64,000 bases of DNA from Patescibacteria group bacterium (GCA_036381415.1 DASVCV010000002.1:20091-84090), one strand, 5' to 3'. Shown: positions 55,067-64,000, counted from the stretch's first letter. Made by a program: numbers and translations. The notes: generated by a model not told the origin, from the sequence alone.

Positions 55067-56920
55067 TTAGGCAAGTATTTTATATCTTAGGACTCTAAAG
55101 GAGTTAAGTATGGGGAAGAAGTCAGTTACAAAATTATAGGCAGCTGCTCCTTGGGGTCCCATCTGGGAGGTAAGAACTAGTGTTAAGCCTATTGTGTTGA
55201 CTATACCCCAAATTAAAAAGTTTTGTTTTGAAATATTAGTTGTGTAGCGGCCGAGTTTGATTGCCTCAGCTACTTTAGAAAAATTATCCTGCATTAGGGC
55301 TATATCTGCTGCTTCAATTGCAGCATCAGATCCGATTGCACCCATTGCAATTCCAATATCTGCTAAGGCAAGGGAGGCGGCGTCATTTACTCCATCTCCT
55401 ACCATTGCCAATTTACCTTTTTTACTTAAATAAGTTTTGACATATTTAAGTTTGTCTTGGGGAAGAAGATTGGCATGGAATGTTGTAATGCCTACTTCTC
55501 TTGCTACACGGCTTGCCACATTTTCATTATCTCCCGTAAGCATGATAATGTCTTTTACACCTAAAGTTTTGAGCTTTGCGATAGTTGATTTGGCATCAGG
55601 ACGAATTTGGTCTGCAAGGGTTAGAAATGCTGCGAGCTTTCCTTTTATTCCGAGAAAGACCACGTCATATCCATCTTTTTGGTAGTCTTGGGCTGTTTTT
55701 ATCTGGTCTTGGGTTACTTCTACTTTTTCTTCTGAAACAAATCTTTGGCTTCCTACAACAACCTTGCTTCCGTTATAAGTAGCTACAATTCCTTTTCCTG
55801 CTACTTCTTTAAAGTTTTGAGGAGTTTTAATAGGGACACCATCATTTTTTGCATGCTGCGTTATTGCTTTTGCAATTGGATGTTCGGAAACTGATTCAAT
55901 GGATGCAAAAATGGAAAGAGCCTCATGACTTTTTAGCTTGCCAAAAGTGATAATTTTTTCAGTTTTAACAATTCCTTTTGTTAGAGTTCCTGTTTTATCA
56001 ACTATTATAGTATTAACTTTGGCAAGTCCTTCTATGAAGCTTCCTCCTTTAATAATTATTCCTTGTCTTGCCCCTTTTGCTATTGCACTCCAGAAGGCTA
56101 AAGGAATTGCTACTGCGATGTCATCAGCACATGCTACAAGAAGAACTGAAAGAACTATTGAGAGGTTGGAAGTTAAGAGATAAACTGCGATGGATCCAAA
56201 AAGAGTGATAAGAATATAGACAGTTGCAAATTTGTCAGCAACAGTTTGAATTCCAAGTTTCCCTCCTTGGGCTGACTCAACAAGTGCTACTATTTTTTCA
56301 AAAGTGGTGTCTTTACCTACTTTTTCTGTTTTAACAATTAAAGATCCTGTTAGACAAAGAGTGGAGCTTAACACTTTATGACCTTTTGTTTTAGTAACTG
56401 GAATTGATTCGCCTGTAAGGGAGGATTGATCAATTGAGGCATCTCCTTCAACTATTATTCCGTCGATCGGGATTCTATCTCCTGTTTCAACAACAACTAA
56501 ATCCCCTACATTTACATGTTCTACTGGTTCTTGAACAATTCCACCTTCTTTTTTTATTTTTACAATTTCTGGGCGGAGCTTAAGAAGACTTTTAATGGCA
56601 TCATGTGCTTTACCTTCTGTGTAGTCGCCAAAAATACGGGCTGAAGTGATCATTAGATTAATGAAAACTACAGATGCCCACTCACGGTTAAGAAGGGAAA
56701 CAAAAAGTGCAATGGAGGCGAGTAGGTCAACTGTTACTTTTCTATGTCTGACTGCTTTGAGTGCACTTAGCACTACAGGAATTGTTGCAAAGGTGCCAAC
56801 AATAACTATTAGAGTGTTTTCTGTCATGAATGGAAAGAGTTTTAGGTAATAGGTAACTAGAGAGAGAATAAGAGCTATAAGAAGAGCAATATTTAATTTA
56901 AGTGAGAGAGATTTATCCAT
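55067..56920 (-). CDS. P-type ATPase, P1B-like architecture lacking both an N-terminal metal-binding domain and the CPx motif.
   Basis: LTGESIPV (actuator TGES), VDKTGTLT (phosphorylation site), SEHPIAKA (P1B HP motif), MLTGDN, GDGVNDAASL. TM6 reads VACADDIAV where CPC is expected. Confidence 0.8.
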   Translation of the reverse strand: MDKSLSLKLNIALLIALILSLVTYYLKLFPFMTENTLIVIVGTFATIPVVLSALKAVRHRKVTVDLLASIALFVSLLNREWASVVFINLMITSARIFGDYTEGKAHDAIKSLLKLRPEIVKIKKEGGIVQEPVEHVNVGDLVVVETGDRIPIDGIIVEGDASIDQSSLTGESIPVTKTKGHKVLSSTLCLTGSLIVKTEKVGKDTTFEKIVALVESAQGGKLGIQTVADKFATVYILITLFGSIAVYLLTSNLSIVLSVLLVACADDIAVAIPLAFWSAIAKGARQGIIIKGGSFIEGLAKVNTIIVDKTGTLTKGIVKTEKIITFGKLKSHEALSIFASIESVSEHPIAKAITQHAKNDGVPIKTPQNFKEVAGKGIVATYNGSKVVVGSQRFVSEEKVEVTQDQIKTAQDYQKDGYDVVFLGIKGKLAAFLTLADQIRPDAKSTIAKLKTLGVKDIIMLTGDNENVASRVAREVGITTFHANLLPQDKLKYVKTYLSKKGKLAMVGDGVNDAASLALADIGIAMGAIGSDAAIEAADIALMQDNFSKVAEAIKLGRYTTNISKQNFLIWGIVNTIGLTLVLTSQMGPQGAAAYNFVTDFFPILNSFRVLRYKILA

Positions 56921-56970
56921 TGGTTTATTATAACCTAGCTCATAGGTTTTGATTAGGATATAATTGCGTC

Positions 56971-58308
56971 ATGCAAGCAAATGAAGTAAGAGAAAAGTAT
57001 TTAAAGTTTTTTGAAAAGAGGGGCCACAAGCGAATTGACCCGGCTTTACTTGTTTTAAAAGAAGACCCTACAACTTTGTTTACCTCTTCTGGAATGCAAC
57101 CTTTGGTTCCTTATTTAATGGGAAAAGATCATCCAGAAGGAAAAAGACTGGTTGATTCACAACCTTCTTTAAGGGCACAAGACATAGAAGAAATTGGAGA
57201 CAACCGTCATCAGACTCTTTTTGAGATGCTAGGGAACTGGAGTTTAGGAGATTATTTTAAAAAAGAACAGATCCCTTGGTTTTATGAATTTATGACTGGT
57301 GAACTTGGACTTCCAAAAGATAAGCTTTATGTGACTGTCTTTGAAGGGAATGACCAGGTTCCTAAAGATGAAGAAACTCATGATCTTTGGAAATCTTTGG
57401 GGATAGCAGAAGATCACATTTATTTTTATGGAGACAAGAAGAACTGGTGGAGTAGGGCTGGTACTCCTGATCAGATGCCTGATGGAGAAATAGGAGGACC
57501 TGACTCTGAAGTATTTTTTGAATTTGGTTCTGTGAAACATGACAAGAAGTTTGGAGACAAATGTCATCCAAACTGTGATTGTGGAAGGTTTTTAGAAATT
57601 GGCAACTCTGTTTTTATGCAATACAAAAAGCAAGCTGGGAAACTTGTTGCATTGCCTAAGAAAAATGTGGATTTTGGTGGAGGGTTAGAACGTCTGACTG
57701 CTGCAACCAATAATAATCCAGATACTTTTAGTACAGATTTGTTTTCTATGATTATTGAGGAAATCGAAAAGGCTTCTGGGAAATCTTATGGAGAAGAGAA
57801 AAACAAAGGAGCAATAAGAGTGGTTGCGGATCACATGAAGGCTGCTACTTTCTTAATTAAAAGCGGAGTGGTGCCTTCTAATAAATATCAAGGATATATT
57901 TTGAGAAGACTTCTTAGGAGAGCTGCACTTAAGATGAGAGATCTGAAAGGTGAAATAAACGGAAATGTTTTAGCAGGAGTTCTTGATGCAGTAGTTTCTA
58001 CTTATAAAGGTGTTTATTTTGATGAGAAAGATAATGTAGGAAGCTACAAAGATATTGTAAGAGAAGAAGTAGGAAAGTTTGCTAAGAATGTTGAAAAGGG
58101 GTTAAGCAAAATGGAAAAAGTGAGGAAAGAAGATATTAATGCAAAGTTTGCTTTTGATCTTTTTCAGTCAGAAGGATTTCCTTTTGAAATTACTCAAGAG
58201 CTTGCAGCTAAAAAAGGTGTTAGGCTTTTAAGAGAAGAATTTGAAAAAGAGATGGAAAAGCACCAGAATATATCTAGAGAAGGATCAGGGGTATTTAAAA
58301 TAAAATAA
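56971..58308 (+). CDS. alaS: Alanyl-tRNA synthetase, catalytic plus tRNA-recognition domains only (no editing or C-Ala domains).
   Basis: KFFEKRGHKRIDPALLV...TLFTSSGMQP (motif 1), NRHQTLFEMLGNWSLGDYFK (motif 2), FGGGLERL (motif 3). The ORF stops at 445 aa and the next ORF is unrelated. Confidence 0.85.
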   Translation: MQANEVREKYLKFFEKRGHKRIDPALLVLKEDPTTLFTSSGMQPLVPYLMGKDHPEGKRLVDSQPSLRAQDIEEIGDNRHQTLFEMLGNWSLGDYFKKEQIPWFYEFMTGELGLPKDKLYVTVFEGNDQVPKDEETHDLWKSLGIAEDHIYFYGDKKNWWSRAGTPDQMPDGEIGGPDSEVFFEFGSVKHDKKFGDKCHPNCDCGRFLEIGNSVFMQYKKQAGKLVALPKKNVDFGGGLERLTAATNNNPDTFSTDLFSMIIEEIEKASGKSYGEEKNKGAIRVVADHMKAATFLIKSGVVPSNKYQGYILRRLLRRAALKMRDLKGEINGNVLAGVLDAVVSTYKGVYFDEKDNVGSYKDIVREEVGKFAKNVEKGLSKMEKVRKEDINAKFAFDLFQSEGFPFEITQELAAKKGVRLLREEFEKEMEKHQNISREGSGVFKIK

Positions 58309-58310
58309 TT

Positions 58311-58736
58311 ATGGCAGAGGAGAAGAAAAAGGATTCAGGAGCAACGGGATTTTTAAACAAATACTGGTGGGTTTTACTTGGTGGGTGTGGTTGTATTGTT
58401 GTTATTCCATTTGTTATTGCTTTTGTTGTGGGAGTTTTGTTAGTTGCTGTAAATCCAGCTGCTCAGATTAACAAAGCAAAAGATGCAAGAAGAAGTAATG
58501 ATCAGGTTCATGTGCAAACGGCACTTGAGAGCTACTATATTGATAAGAGTGTATATCCAACTTCTTTAGATGAATTGGTACCGTACTATATGGCTCTTGT
58601 TCCAGTTGAAACTGATTCTCAGGTTGCTCCTTATAAATATACAGTTTTAGATAAAGGGATAAATTATCAGTTTTGTGTAACTTATTCATCTGGTGAGTTT
58701 AAGTGTGTTGACTCCAAAAGCGTTATAGGTAGATAA
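58311..58736 (+). CDS. Type IV pilin / pseudopilin-like protein with an atypical N-terminus.
   Basis: A 29-residue hydrophobic segment followed by AAQINKAKDARRSNDQVHVQTALESYYIDKSVYP (pilin alpha1-beta fold signature). It lacks the canonical G|F-x-x-x-E prepilin site. Confidence 0.5.
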   Translation: MAEEKKKDSGATGFLNKYWWVLLGGCGCIVVIPFVIAFVVGVLLVAVNPAAQINKAKDARRSNDQVHVQTALESYYIDKSVYPTSLDELVPYYMALVPVETDSQVAPYKYTVLDKGINYQFCVTYSSGEFKCVDSKSVIGR

Positions 58737-58784
58737 TTTTCAATTTAATAACAGGCTTGGTCGTGCTACAATGATTCTTAACTC

Positions 58785-61031
58785 ATGGAAGAACATTTTT
58801 GGTCTTTAGCTCTTGAAACCGGCTGGGTGCAGGCGGCTATTTGGACGATTAAAGAAAAAGAAGCACATGTTGTTGCAGTTTCAAATGCAGTTGCTTGGGA
58901 AAGTGATGAAGACTTACTTAGTGCCTGTGACACAGTTCTTTCTTCCATAGTTTCAGGACTAGCTGAAAATGCAAAGGAACCTTCTAAGACTGTATTTGGT
59001 GTTCCACCTGGATGGGTAGGAGAAGGGCAAATTAAAAAAGAATATTTAGATAGAATTAGAAATATATGCCACAAATTATCTCTTGAACCTTCTGGGTTTG
59101 TAGTACTGCCTGAAGCTATTGCTCATTTCAAAAAATCTGAAGAGAATGCACCTGTTTCTGGAGTAATTGTTGGAGTAGGAACAGATGCATTAGATATTAC
59201 TGTTGTTAGACTTGGAACAATTATTGGAACAGTTAATGTGGGAAGAAGTTTGTCTGTTTTAGATGATGTTGTTGAAGGAATTGCAAGGTTTGGGGGGGCA
59301 GAGCCATTTCCTTCAAGATTTTTAATATATGATGGGAAGAGTGCTGAATTGGAAGATGTAAGGCAGGAACTTATAAAAGCGGATTGGACAGGTGAGCTTA
59401 AAACAAAAGCTAAGTTTCTTCATACTCCACAGGTGGAAATAGTTGATCCAAAAATGAAAATGGTTGCAGTGAGTCTAGCTGGAGCTAGTGAAATAGGGCA
59501 GGCAAATGTGGTTACTTTTGATTTGGGAGAAGAAAAGGCTGAAAAACTAAAAGAGGAAAAGCCAGAAATAAAAGTAGAACAACCTAAAGAGGATTTGAGT
59601 TCTCATGAGAATTTGAGTGAGGTGGCAAAAGCTACTGATTTTGGTTTTGTAATGGATCAAGATATAAATGAAGTTGCAGGTGCAACAAATCCTAACCCAG
59701 TTCAGACTTCAGCCAATACTCCTAGTTTTGTAACTTCTCCTCATCCAGTTTCTAACCCTTTTCCTCGTAATCCAATTAGTAAAATCAAGCATAATATAGT
59801 AAGGTTACCTTTGATTTTAAGCGGAGCTTGGCCGCTTTCAGCGGTGAAAGGAAAAATGGATCAAAGAAATAAAATTAGCATGCCTGGTGGAGAAGCTAGA
59901 AAGAAAATGCCTATTATTTTGGCAATAGCTGGGGCAGCTCTTTTGATATTTGGATTTATTGGATGGTGGTTTTTACCAAAAGCTGAAGTGACTATTTTTG
60001 TTTCTCCAAAAAAGATTGAACAAAAGCAGCTTATAACATACGATCCAAAACTTACTGATCCTGATATTTCAAAAAGACAACTTCCTATTTCAACTGTTTC
60101 CACTTCAGTAAGTGGAGATAAGACAAAATCTACAACTGGGACTTTAACTATTGGGGATAGGGCAAAGGGATCAGTTGTTATTAGAAATGGAGGATCAGAT
60201 GATATTGGTCTTACAGCTGGAACAATTTTAACAGGACCAAATAGTCTTAAATTTAGTCTTGATAATGGAGCTTCTGTTTCTGCTGCAACATCCCCATCAA
60301 ATCCTGGAACTGCAACAATTTCTGTAACAGCTTCTGGGATTGGAGCAGAATACAATTTGGCTAAGGGAGAAACACTTCAGGTGGGGAATTTTTCAAAAAG
60401 CCAGGTGGATGCTTTAGTGGATTCAGATTTTTCAGGTGGGTCAAGCCAGGAAGTGGTTGCAGTTTCCAAAGATGATTTATCAGTTTTGCAGAAAGATTTA
60501 ACTAGTGAATTGACTGAAAAAGCTCAAAACCAATTAAAGGAAAAACTTGGGGATGATGAGATACTGCTTGATCCTGCTACGATTGCAACAGCTTCTGGAA
60601 TAACTTATGATCATGTTGCAGGGGATCAGGCTTCAACACTTAAACTTAGTGAGAACTTAAGCCTTACCAGTTATGTAGTTTCAAAAAAGAATTTAGGGAA
60701 TTTGGCTAGGGATATTGTAAAAGGACAGGTGCCTAATGGGTTTGTTGTTAAGGATGATCAGATAAGTACTAATTTTGATACAAAATTGGGATTAGTTGAT
60801 GGAGTGTGGAAGCTAGATACTACATTTAATGTTAATTTGTTACCACAGATTAATACTGATGATATTGCTAAAAAAATTGCAGGCAAATCTCAAAAAGCAG
60901 CGCAAGAAATATTATCTAGGATAGCAGGTTATGTGAGAGCTGAGATACACCTGACAAAAGGTTTTCCCAGCTTTGGTACTTTACCTCATGTTGTTAAAAA
61001 TATTTCTGTTGAGTTGTCCTCAGAAAAATGA
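58785..61031 (+). CDS. Bitopic protein: N-terminal actin-like (ASKHA, PilM/GspL-cytoplasmic-domain-like, degenerate) domain, one TM, and a about 340-aa extracytoplasmic Thr/Ser-rich beta domain.
   Basis: SLALETGWVQA and VIVGVGTDALDITVVRLGTIIG resemble the phosphate-1 and phosphate-2 regions of the actin fold with substitutions. TM at about aa 385-405. ATGA overlap with the sortase gene. Confidence 0.45.
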   Translation: MEEHFWSLALETGWVQAAIWTIKEKEAHVVAVSNAVAWESDEDLLSACDTVLSSIVSGLAENAKEPSKTVFGVPPGWVGEGQIKKEYLDRIRNICHKLSLEPSGFVVLPEAIAHFKKSEENAPVSGVIVGVGTDALDITVVRLGTIIGTVNVGRSLSVLDDVVEGIARFGGAEPFPSRFLIYDGKSAELEDVRQELIKADWTGELKTKAKFLHTPQVEIVDPKMKMVAVSLAGASEIGQANVVTFDLGEEKAEKLKEEKPEIKVEQPKEDLSSHENLSEVAKATDFGFVMDQDINEVAGATNPNPVQTSANTPSFVTSPHPVSNPFPRNPISKIKHNIVRLPLILSGAWPLSAVKGKMDQRNKISMPGGEARKKMPIILAIAGAALLIFGFIGWWFLPKAEVTIFVSPKKIEQKQLITYDPKLTDPDISKRQLPISTVSTSVSGDKTKSTTGTLTIGDRAKGSVVIRNGGSDDIGLTAGTILTGPNSLKFSLDNGASVSAATSPSNPGTATISVTASGIGAEYNLAKGETLQVGNFSKSQVDALVDSDFSGGSSQEVVAVSKDDLSVLQKDLTSELTEKAQNQLKEKLGDDEILLDPATIATASGITYDHVAGDQASTLKLSENLSLTSYVVSKKNLGNLARDIVKGQVPNGFVVKDDQISTNFDTKLGLVDGVWKLDTTFNVNLLPQINTDDIAKKIAGKSQKAAQEILSRIAGYVRAEIHLTKGFPSFGTLPHVVKNISVELSSEK

Positions 61032-61714
61032 GAAGTAGTTTCTTCGTAAAAATACTAGCTATTGCTTGTGGAATAGGTGGAGTTGGAATTTTGGCTTGGG
61101 TTTTTTTACCAATCTTTTTTTATGAGTTTACTGCACCACCACTAATGTCTTATCTATCTCCACTTCCTGATAACACTCAAGCTGCAAATAGTACTAACGG
61201 AAGCTTTGATGATACTAAGGCAAGCAACTGGTTTGTGGGATCTAATCCATCTGATTTTAAAAAAGGAAGTGTTACTTTTTATAACTTATCAATTCCGAGA
61301 TTAGGAATTTCTGATGCTGTAGTTGCAGTTGGAGGAGAGGATTTATCACAATCTTTAATTCAATATCCTGGAACTGCCTTACCAGGCAGACCTGGGAATG
61401 CTACAATTTTTGGACATTCGGTACTTCCTCAGTTTTATAGTGCTACAAACTATCTAACTATTTTTTCAGACTTACCTAGCTTACAAAAGGGAGATGGAAT
61501 AAGTATAAGATCTGATGGAATAAGTTATGAATATAGAGTGGAGGAAAAATTTGAAGTACTACCTACTGATGTGCAAGTGCTAGAGCAAAATTTAAGTGAT
61601 TCATTTTTAACTTTGGTTACTTGTGTTCCACCTGGAGATCCAAGACGTCCAAGAAGGCTTATAATAAGGGCAAGGATTGTTCCTTTGCAAAATACAAATA
61701 CGGGACAGAATTAA
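61028..61714 (+). CDS. Sortase (transpeptidase) family protein.
   Basis: N-terminal TM. TIFGHSV (catalytic His), LTLVTCVPPG (TLxTC catalytic Cys) and a downstream Arg-rich region (DPRRPRR). Confidence 0.8.
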   Translation: MRSSFFVKILAIACGIGGVGILAWVFLPIFFYEFTAPPLMSYLSPLPDNTQAANSTNGSFDDTKASNWFVGSNPSDFKKGSVTFYNLSIPRLGISDAVVAVGGEDLSQSLIQYPGTALPGRPGNATIFGHSVLPQFYSATNYLTIFSDLPSLQKGDGISIRSDGISYEYRVEEKFEVLPTDVQVLEQNLSDSFLTLVTCVPPGDPRRPRRLIIRARIVPLQNTNTGQN

Positions 61715-61731
61715 ATTAAAACAAATTTAAC

Positions 61732-62106
61732 ATGAAAATTTTGGGAATTGATTTTGGATTAAAAAAATTAGGGTTAGCAATATCTGATGGAAAGTTGGCT
61801 GAACCTTATGCTGTTGTGAGATACCAAAATGAAGAAAAACTTATTAATCATTTGAAAGGAATTATTAAGAAAGAAGGTATAGAAGAGGTAATAGTTGGAG
61901 TGTCTGAAGGAGGAATGGGAGAGCAGTCAAAAAAGTTTGGAGAGAAGATTAGTGAGTTTATAAGAACTGAATACCAAGATGAGACATTAACTACACAGGA
62001 TGCAAATAATTTAGCTATTTCATCAGGTATTTCAAGGAAGAAAAGAAAAAGTATGGAAGATGCATATGCTGCTTCTTTGATGCTTCAGGACTACTTGGAC
62101 AGATAA
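61732..62106 (+). CDS. ruvX: Holliday junction resolvase-like / pre-16S rRNA nuclease YqgF (RuvX).
   Basis: MKILGIDFGLKKLGLAISDG is a RuvX signature. Confidence 0.85.
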   Translation: MKILGIDFGLKKLGLAISDGKLAEPYAVVRYQNEEKLINHLKGIIKKEGIEEVIVGVSEGGMGEQSKKFGEKISEFIRTEYQDETLTTQDANNLAISSGISRKKRKSMEDAYAASLMLQDYLDR

Positions 62107-62163
62107 TTAAATGGCATTTTTTAGAGTCTTGCGTGGTATACTTAGATATCATAATATAGTCAC

Positions 62164-62364
62164 ATGTTTAAAAATGTAATATCACCAATTCAGGCGTGGC
62201 TTTTATCTCAGGGAAGATGTGTAGGATGTGGAATGCCTTTGTCTCAGGGAAAGGTTGAGAAGCACAAAGGGGGAGATGAAAAAATAACTTGTAAGTGCAA
62301 GAGAATTTATATTAGAGATGGAAAGACTAAAAGATATAGACGTGCACTTCTTGAAGAGGTCTAA
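62164..62364 (+). CDS. Small zinc-ribbon protein.
   Basis: 66 aa. CVGC ... CKCK pair and a basic C-terminus. Confidence 0.35.
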   Translation: MFKNVISPIQAWLLSQGRCVGCGMPLSQGKVEKHKGGDEKITCKCKRIYIRDGKTKRYRRALLEEV

Positions 62365-62385
62365 TTTAGGCTATACTTACTTCTA

Positions 62386-63366
62386 GTGAAGAAAAAACTT
62401 ACTTTAATTCCAGCTTTAATTTTGGTTTTACTTGTTGGTGGGGCTATTTTCGTCTCTTATCAACTCCGTGCTCCTAATACTAATAAAGGAACTCAAAGAT
62501 TTATTATTGAGAAAGGTAGTTCTGGAGCTGCAATTGCCAACAAGCTAGAAAAGCAAGGAATTATTAGAAATGGTTTAGTTTTTAGACTGTATACAAAGTT
62601 TACAGGGGTAGCTACTAGAATCCAGTCTGGAGAATATGAACTAAGTTCTAATCTTACTGTTCCAGTTTTAGTTGCAACTTTACTTAAGGGCCCAACTGAA
62701 GTTTGGGTAACAGTTCCTGAAGGATTAAGAAGGGAAGAAGTAGTACAAACCTTAATAGAGGATATGAAGCTTACTGGAACTAGAGCTAGTACTTTTTCTT
62801 CTGACTTTTTAAATGGAACTATTGGGAAAGAAGGGTATTTGTTTCCTGATACTTATTTAATTTCACTTGATGCTAATGCAAATAGTGTTATTAAAGTAAT
62901 GGAAAGTACTTTTGAGAAAAAATATGCAGATGCTTCCAAAACTCAAACAGCAAGTTTGAATCGTGAACAAGCAGTGATCCTAGCTTCTATTATTCAAAGA
63001 GAAGCAATAACGGCAGAGGATATGAAGGGAGTTGCTTCGGTACTTGAAAATAGGTTAGCAATTGGAATGGCATTGGGGTCTGATGTAACAGTGGAATATG
63101 GATTAGGATATGACCCAGTTGAAAAAACTTGGTGGAAAAAAGATCTGACTGCAGATGACCTTGCAATTAATAGTCCGTATAACACAAGGATAAATGCTGG
63201 TCTTCCTCCTACTCCAATTAGCAACCCAGGATTAGTTGCCTTAGAGGCAGCACTTAATCCGCCACAGACTAATTATTTGTATTATCTTTCTGATTCGGAC
63301 GGAAAACTTCATTTTGCGACAACCCTTGAGGAACATAATGCAAATATACAAAAATACTTACAGTAG
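62386..63366 (+). CDS. mltG: Endolytic murein transglycosylase MltG (YceG family).
   Basis: N-terminal TM, LRAP-like region, SPYNTRINAGLPPTPISNPG (YceG signature). Lies after ruvX as in the conserved alaS-ruvX-mltG neighbourhood. Confidence 0.85.
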   Translation: MKKKLTLIPALILVLLVGGAIFVSYQLRAPNTNKGTQRFIIEKGSSGAAIANKLEKQGIIRNGLVFRLYTKFTGVATRIQSGEYELSSNLTVPVLVATLLKGPTEVWVTVPEGLRREEVVQTLIEDMKLTGTRASTFSSDFLNGTIGKEGYLFPDTYLISLDANANSVIKVMESTFEKKYADASKTQTASLNREQAVILASIIQREAITAEDMKGVASVLENRLAIGMALGSDVTVEYGLGYDPVEKTWWKKDLTADDLAINSPYNTRINAGLPPTPISNPGLVALEAALNPPQTNYLYYLSDSDGKLHFATTLEEHNANIQKYLQ

Positions 63367-63451
63367 GTATTGACAGATGAATTGATGAGTTCTAGACTTT
63401 CTTTTTAGAGATGATTAAGGAAAGGATACGAGGAGGTTTAGATAAGCTGCA

Positions 63452-63476
63452 GGGAGCCGAAGGGCTCCTTTTTTTT
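63452..63476 (+). terminator. Rho-independent terminator downstream of mltG.
   Basis: GGAGCC-gaag-GGCTCC perfect 6-bp GC-rich stem, followed by a T9 tract. Confidence 0.6.
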
Positions 63477-63785
63477 GGACACAATGGGAAAGAAAAAAGT
63501 TATGGGACTATTGAGACTTCAGATGGGCAATTTATAGATGGAGAACCAAAAGAAGGACCCAAAGGACCTTATGACAGAATCATAAAATTTGGCTGCCAGA
63601 ATCATACAAAGGGAAAGATTGCTCCTGTTAAAAGATATACAAGAGGAAGATCTCCTAACCTTACTATTACTGGTTCTGAGGATGAATCTATTAAAGAAGC
63701 ATTGAAAAGTGTGAGCCACCTTGTAAATAATTCTGAGCATTCACATAGTAATGCAGAAGATAGATTAGTCTACCAGGAAACAATA

Positions 63786-64000
63786 ATGCCTGTATTTGAA
63801 AAAAATACAATGGAGTTATATGAGGAACTTAAAAAACAAGGAGTTTTGGAAAATAATAACTATGTAATTTGCGGCCCTTTAAGAGGTGGAGAGTTCACTA
63901 TTGCTGCTTTAATTTACAATGCCCATAAAATTGGATGGGATATACCTTTTGACAGAATTGCCTGCTATGAACTTAAAAGGGTATTGATGGACAATGGAGA
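63786..64000 (+). CDS. 5' portion of a purine phosphoribosyltransferase (HGPRT-like) gene, continuing past the window end.
   Basis: MPVFEKNTMELYEELKKQ...NNNYVICGPLRGGEFTIAALIYNAHKIGWDIPFDRIACYE fits the HGPRT N-terminal hood and flexible-loop pattern. Upstream, the same frame is open from 63441 without an ATG. An ATG at 63485 in another frame precedes an A6 homopolymer, so a frameshifted longer gene cannot be excluded. Confidence 0.4.
   Translation, partial: MPVFEKNTMELYEELKKQGVLENNNYVICGPLRGGEFTIAALIYNAHKIGWDIPFDRIACYELKRVLMDNG

Noticed and set aside
1-64000. CRISPR arrays, tRNA and rRNA genes.
   Set aside because: No regularly spaced direct repeats and no tRNA-like cloverleaf or T-loop (GTTCRANYC) candidates were found in the intergenic gaps. 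All gaps are under 140 nt.

Overview
The window looks like a low-GC, gene-dense segment of a reduced bacterial genome, most likely a CPR/Patescibacteria-type organism. That lineage call is inferred from small minimal housekeeping proteins, FemAB paralogs, a YerC/TrpR-like regulator, type IV pilus genes and a truncated AlaRS.

The backbone is ordinary, conserved housekeeping synteny:
- metG, rmuC, two UvrD-like helicases, lepB, an LCP ligase, rpsT and murJ.
- The CIRCE-controlled hrcA-grpE-dnaK-dnaJ operon.
- nusA-infB-(DHH-like)-rpsO-pnp, then a Lon-like ATPase, UDG, RNase J, ftsK, rodZ, a P-type ATPase and alaS(N)-ruvX-mltG.

Three accessory-type blocks are embedded in this backbone:
1. A lipid-linked glycan cluster at about 0.5-7.8 kb, with a second GT-C pair at about 21.4-25.2 kb. 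It contains a UbiA prenyltransferase, a WecA/MraY-like initiating transferase, four to five GT-C (PMT/ArnT-like) membrane glycosyltransferases including a fused 860-aa protein, and a processive GT2 with a QxxRW motif.
2. A long single-strand operon, rpsT-pilN-pilO-(PT-rich anchor protein)-(LPATG-anchored Fn3/Ig-like protein), followed by a tandemly duplicated two-gene cassette of extremely Cys-rich, Pro/Thr-linker-rich surface proteins (A1-B1 | A2-B2, about 25.28-30.13 kb). The B proteins carry LPQAG-type C-terminal sorting signals.
3. A pilin-like gene, a PilM/GspL-like fusion and a sortase inserted into the conserved alaS-ruvX-mltG neighbourhood.

The PMT-like transferases, PT-linker surface proteins, a sortase and type IV pilus parts all sit in one 64-kb window. 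Together they suggest an undescribed O-glycosylated, sortase-processed and possibly pilus-associated cell-surface system. This is the most interesting signal in the window.

Smaller items: a free-standing LAGLIDADG/NUMOD homing endonuclease overlapping the metG start, an ATPase-only Lon, a catalytic-domain-only AlaRS, a PNPase with a long RGG tail, and three tandem small paralogs between dnaJ and nusA. No rRNA, tRNA or CRISPR was found.
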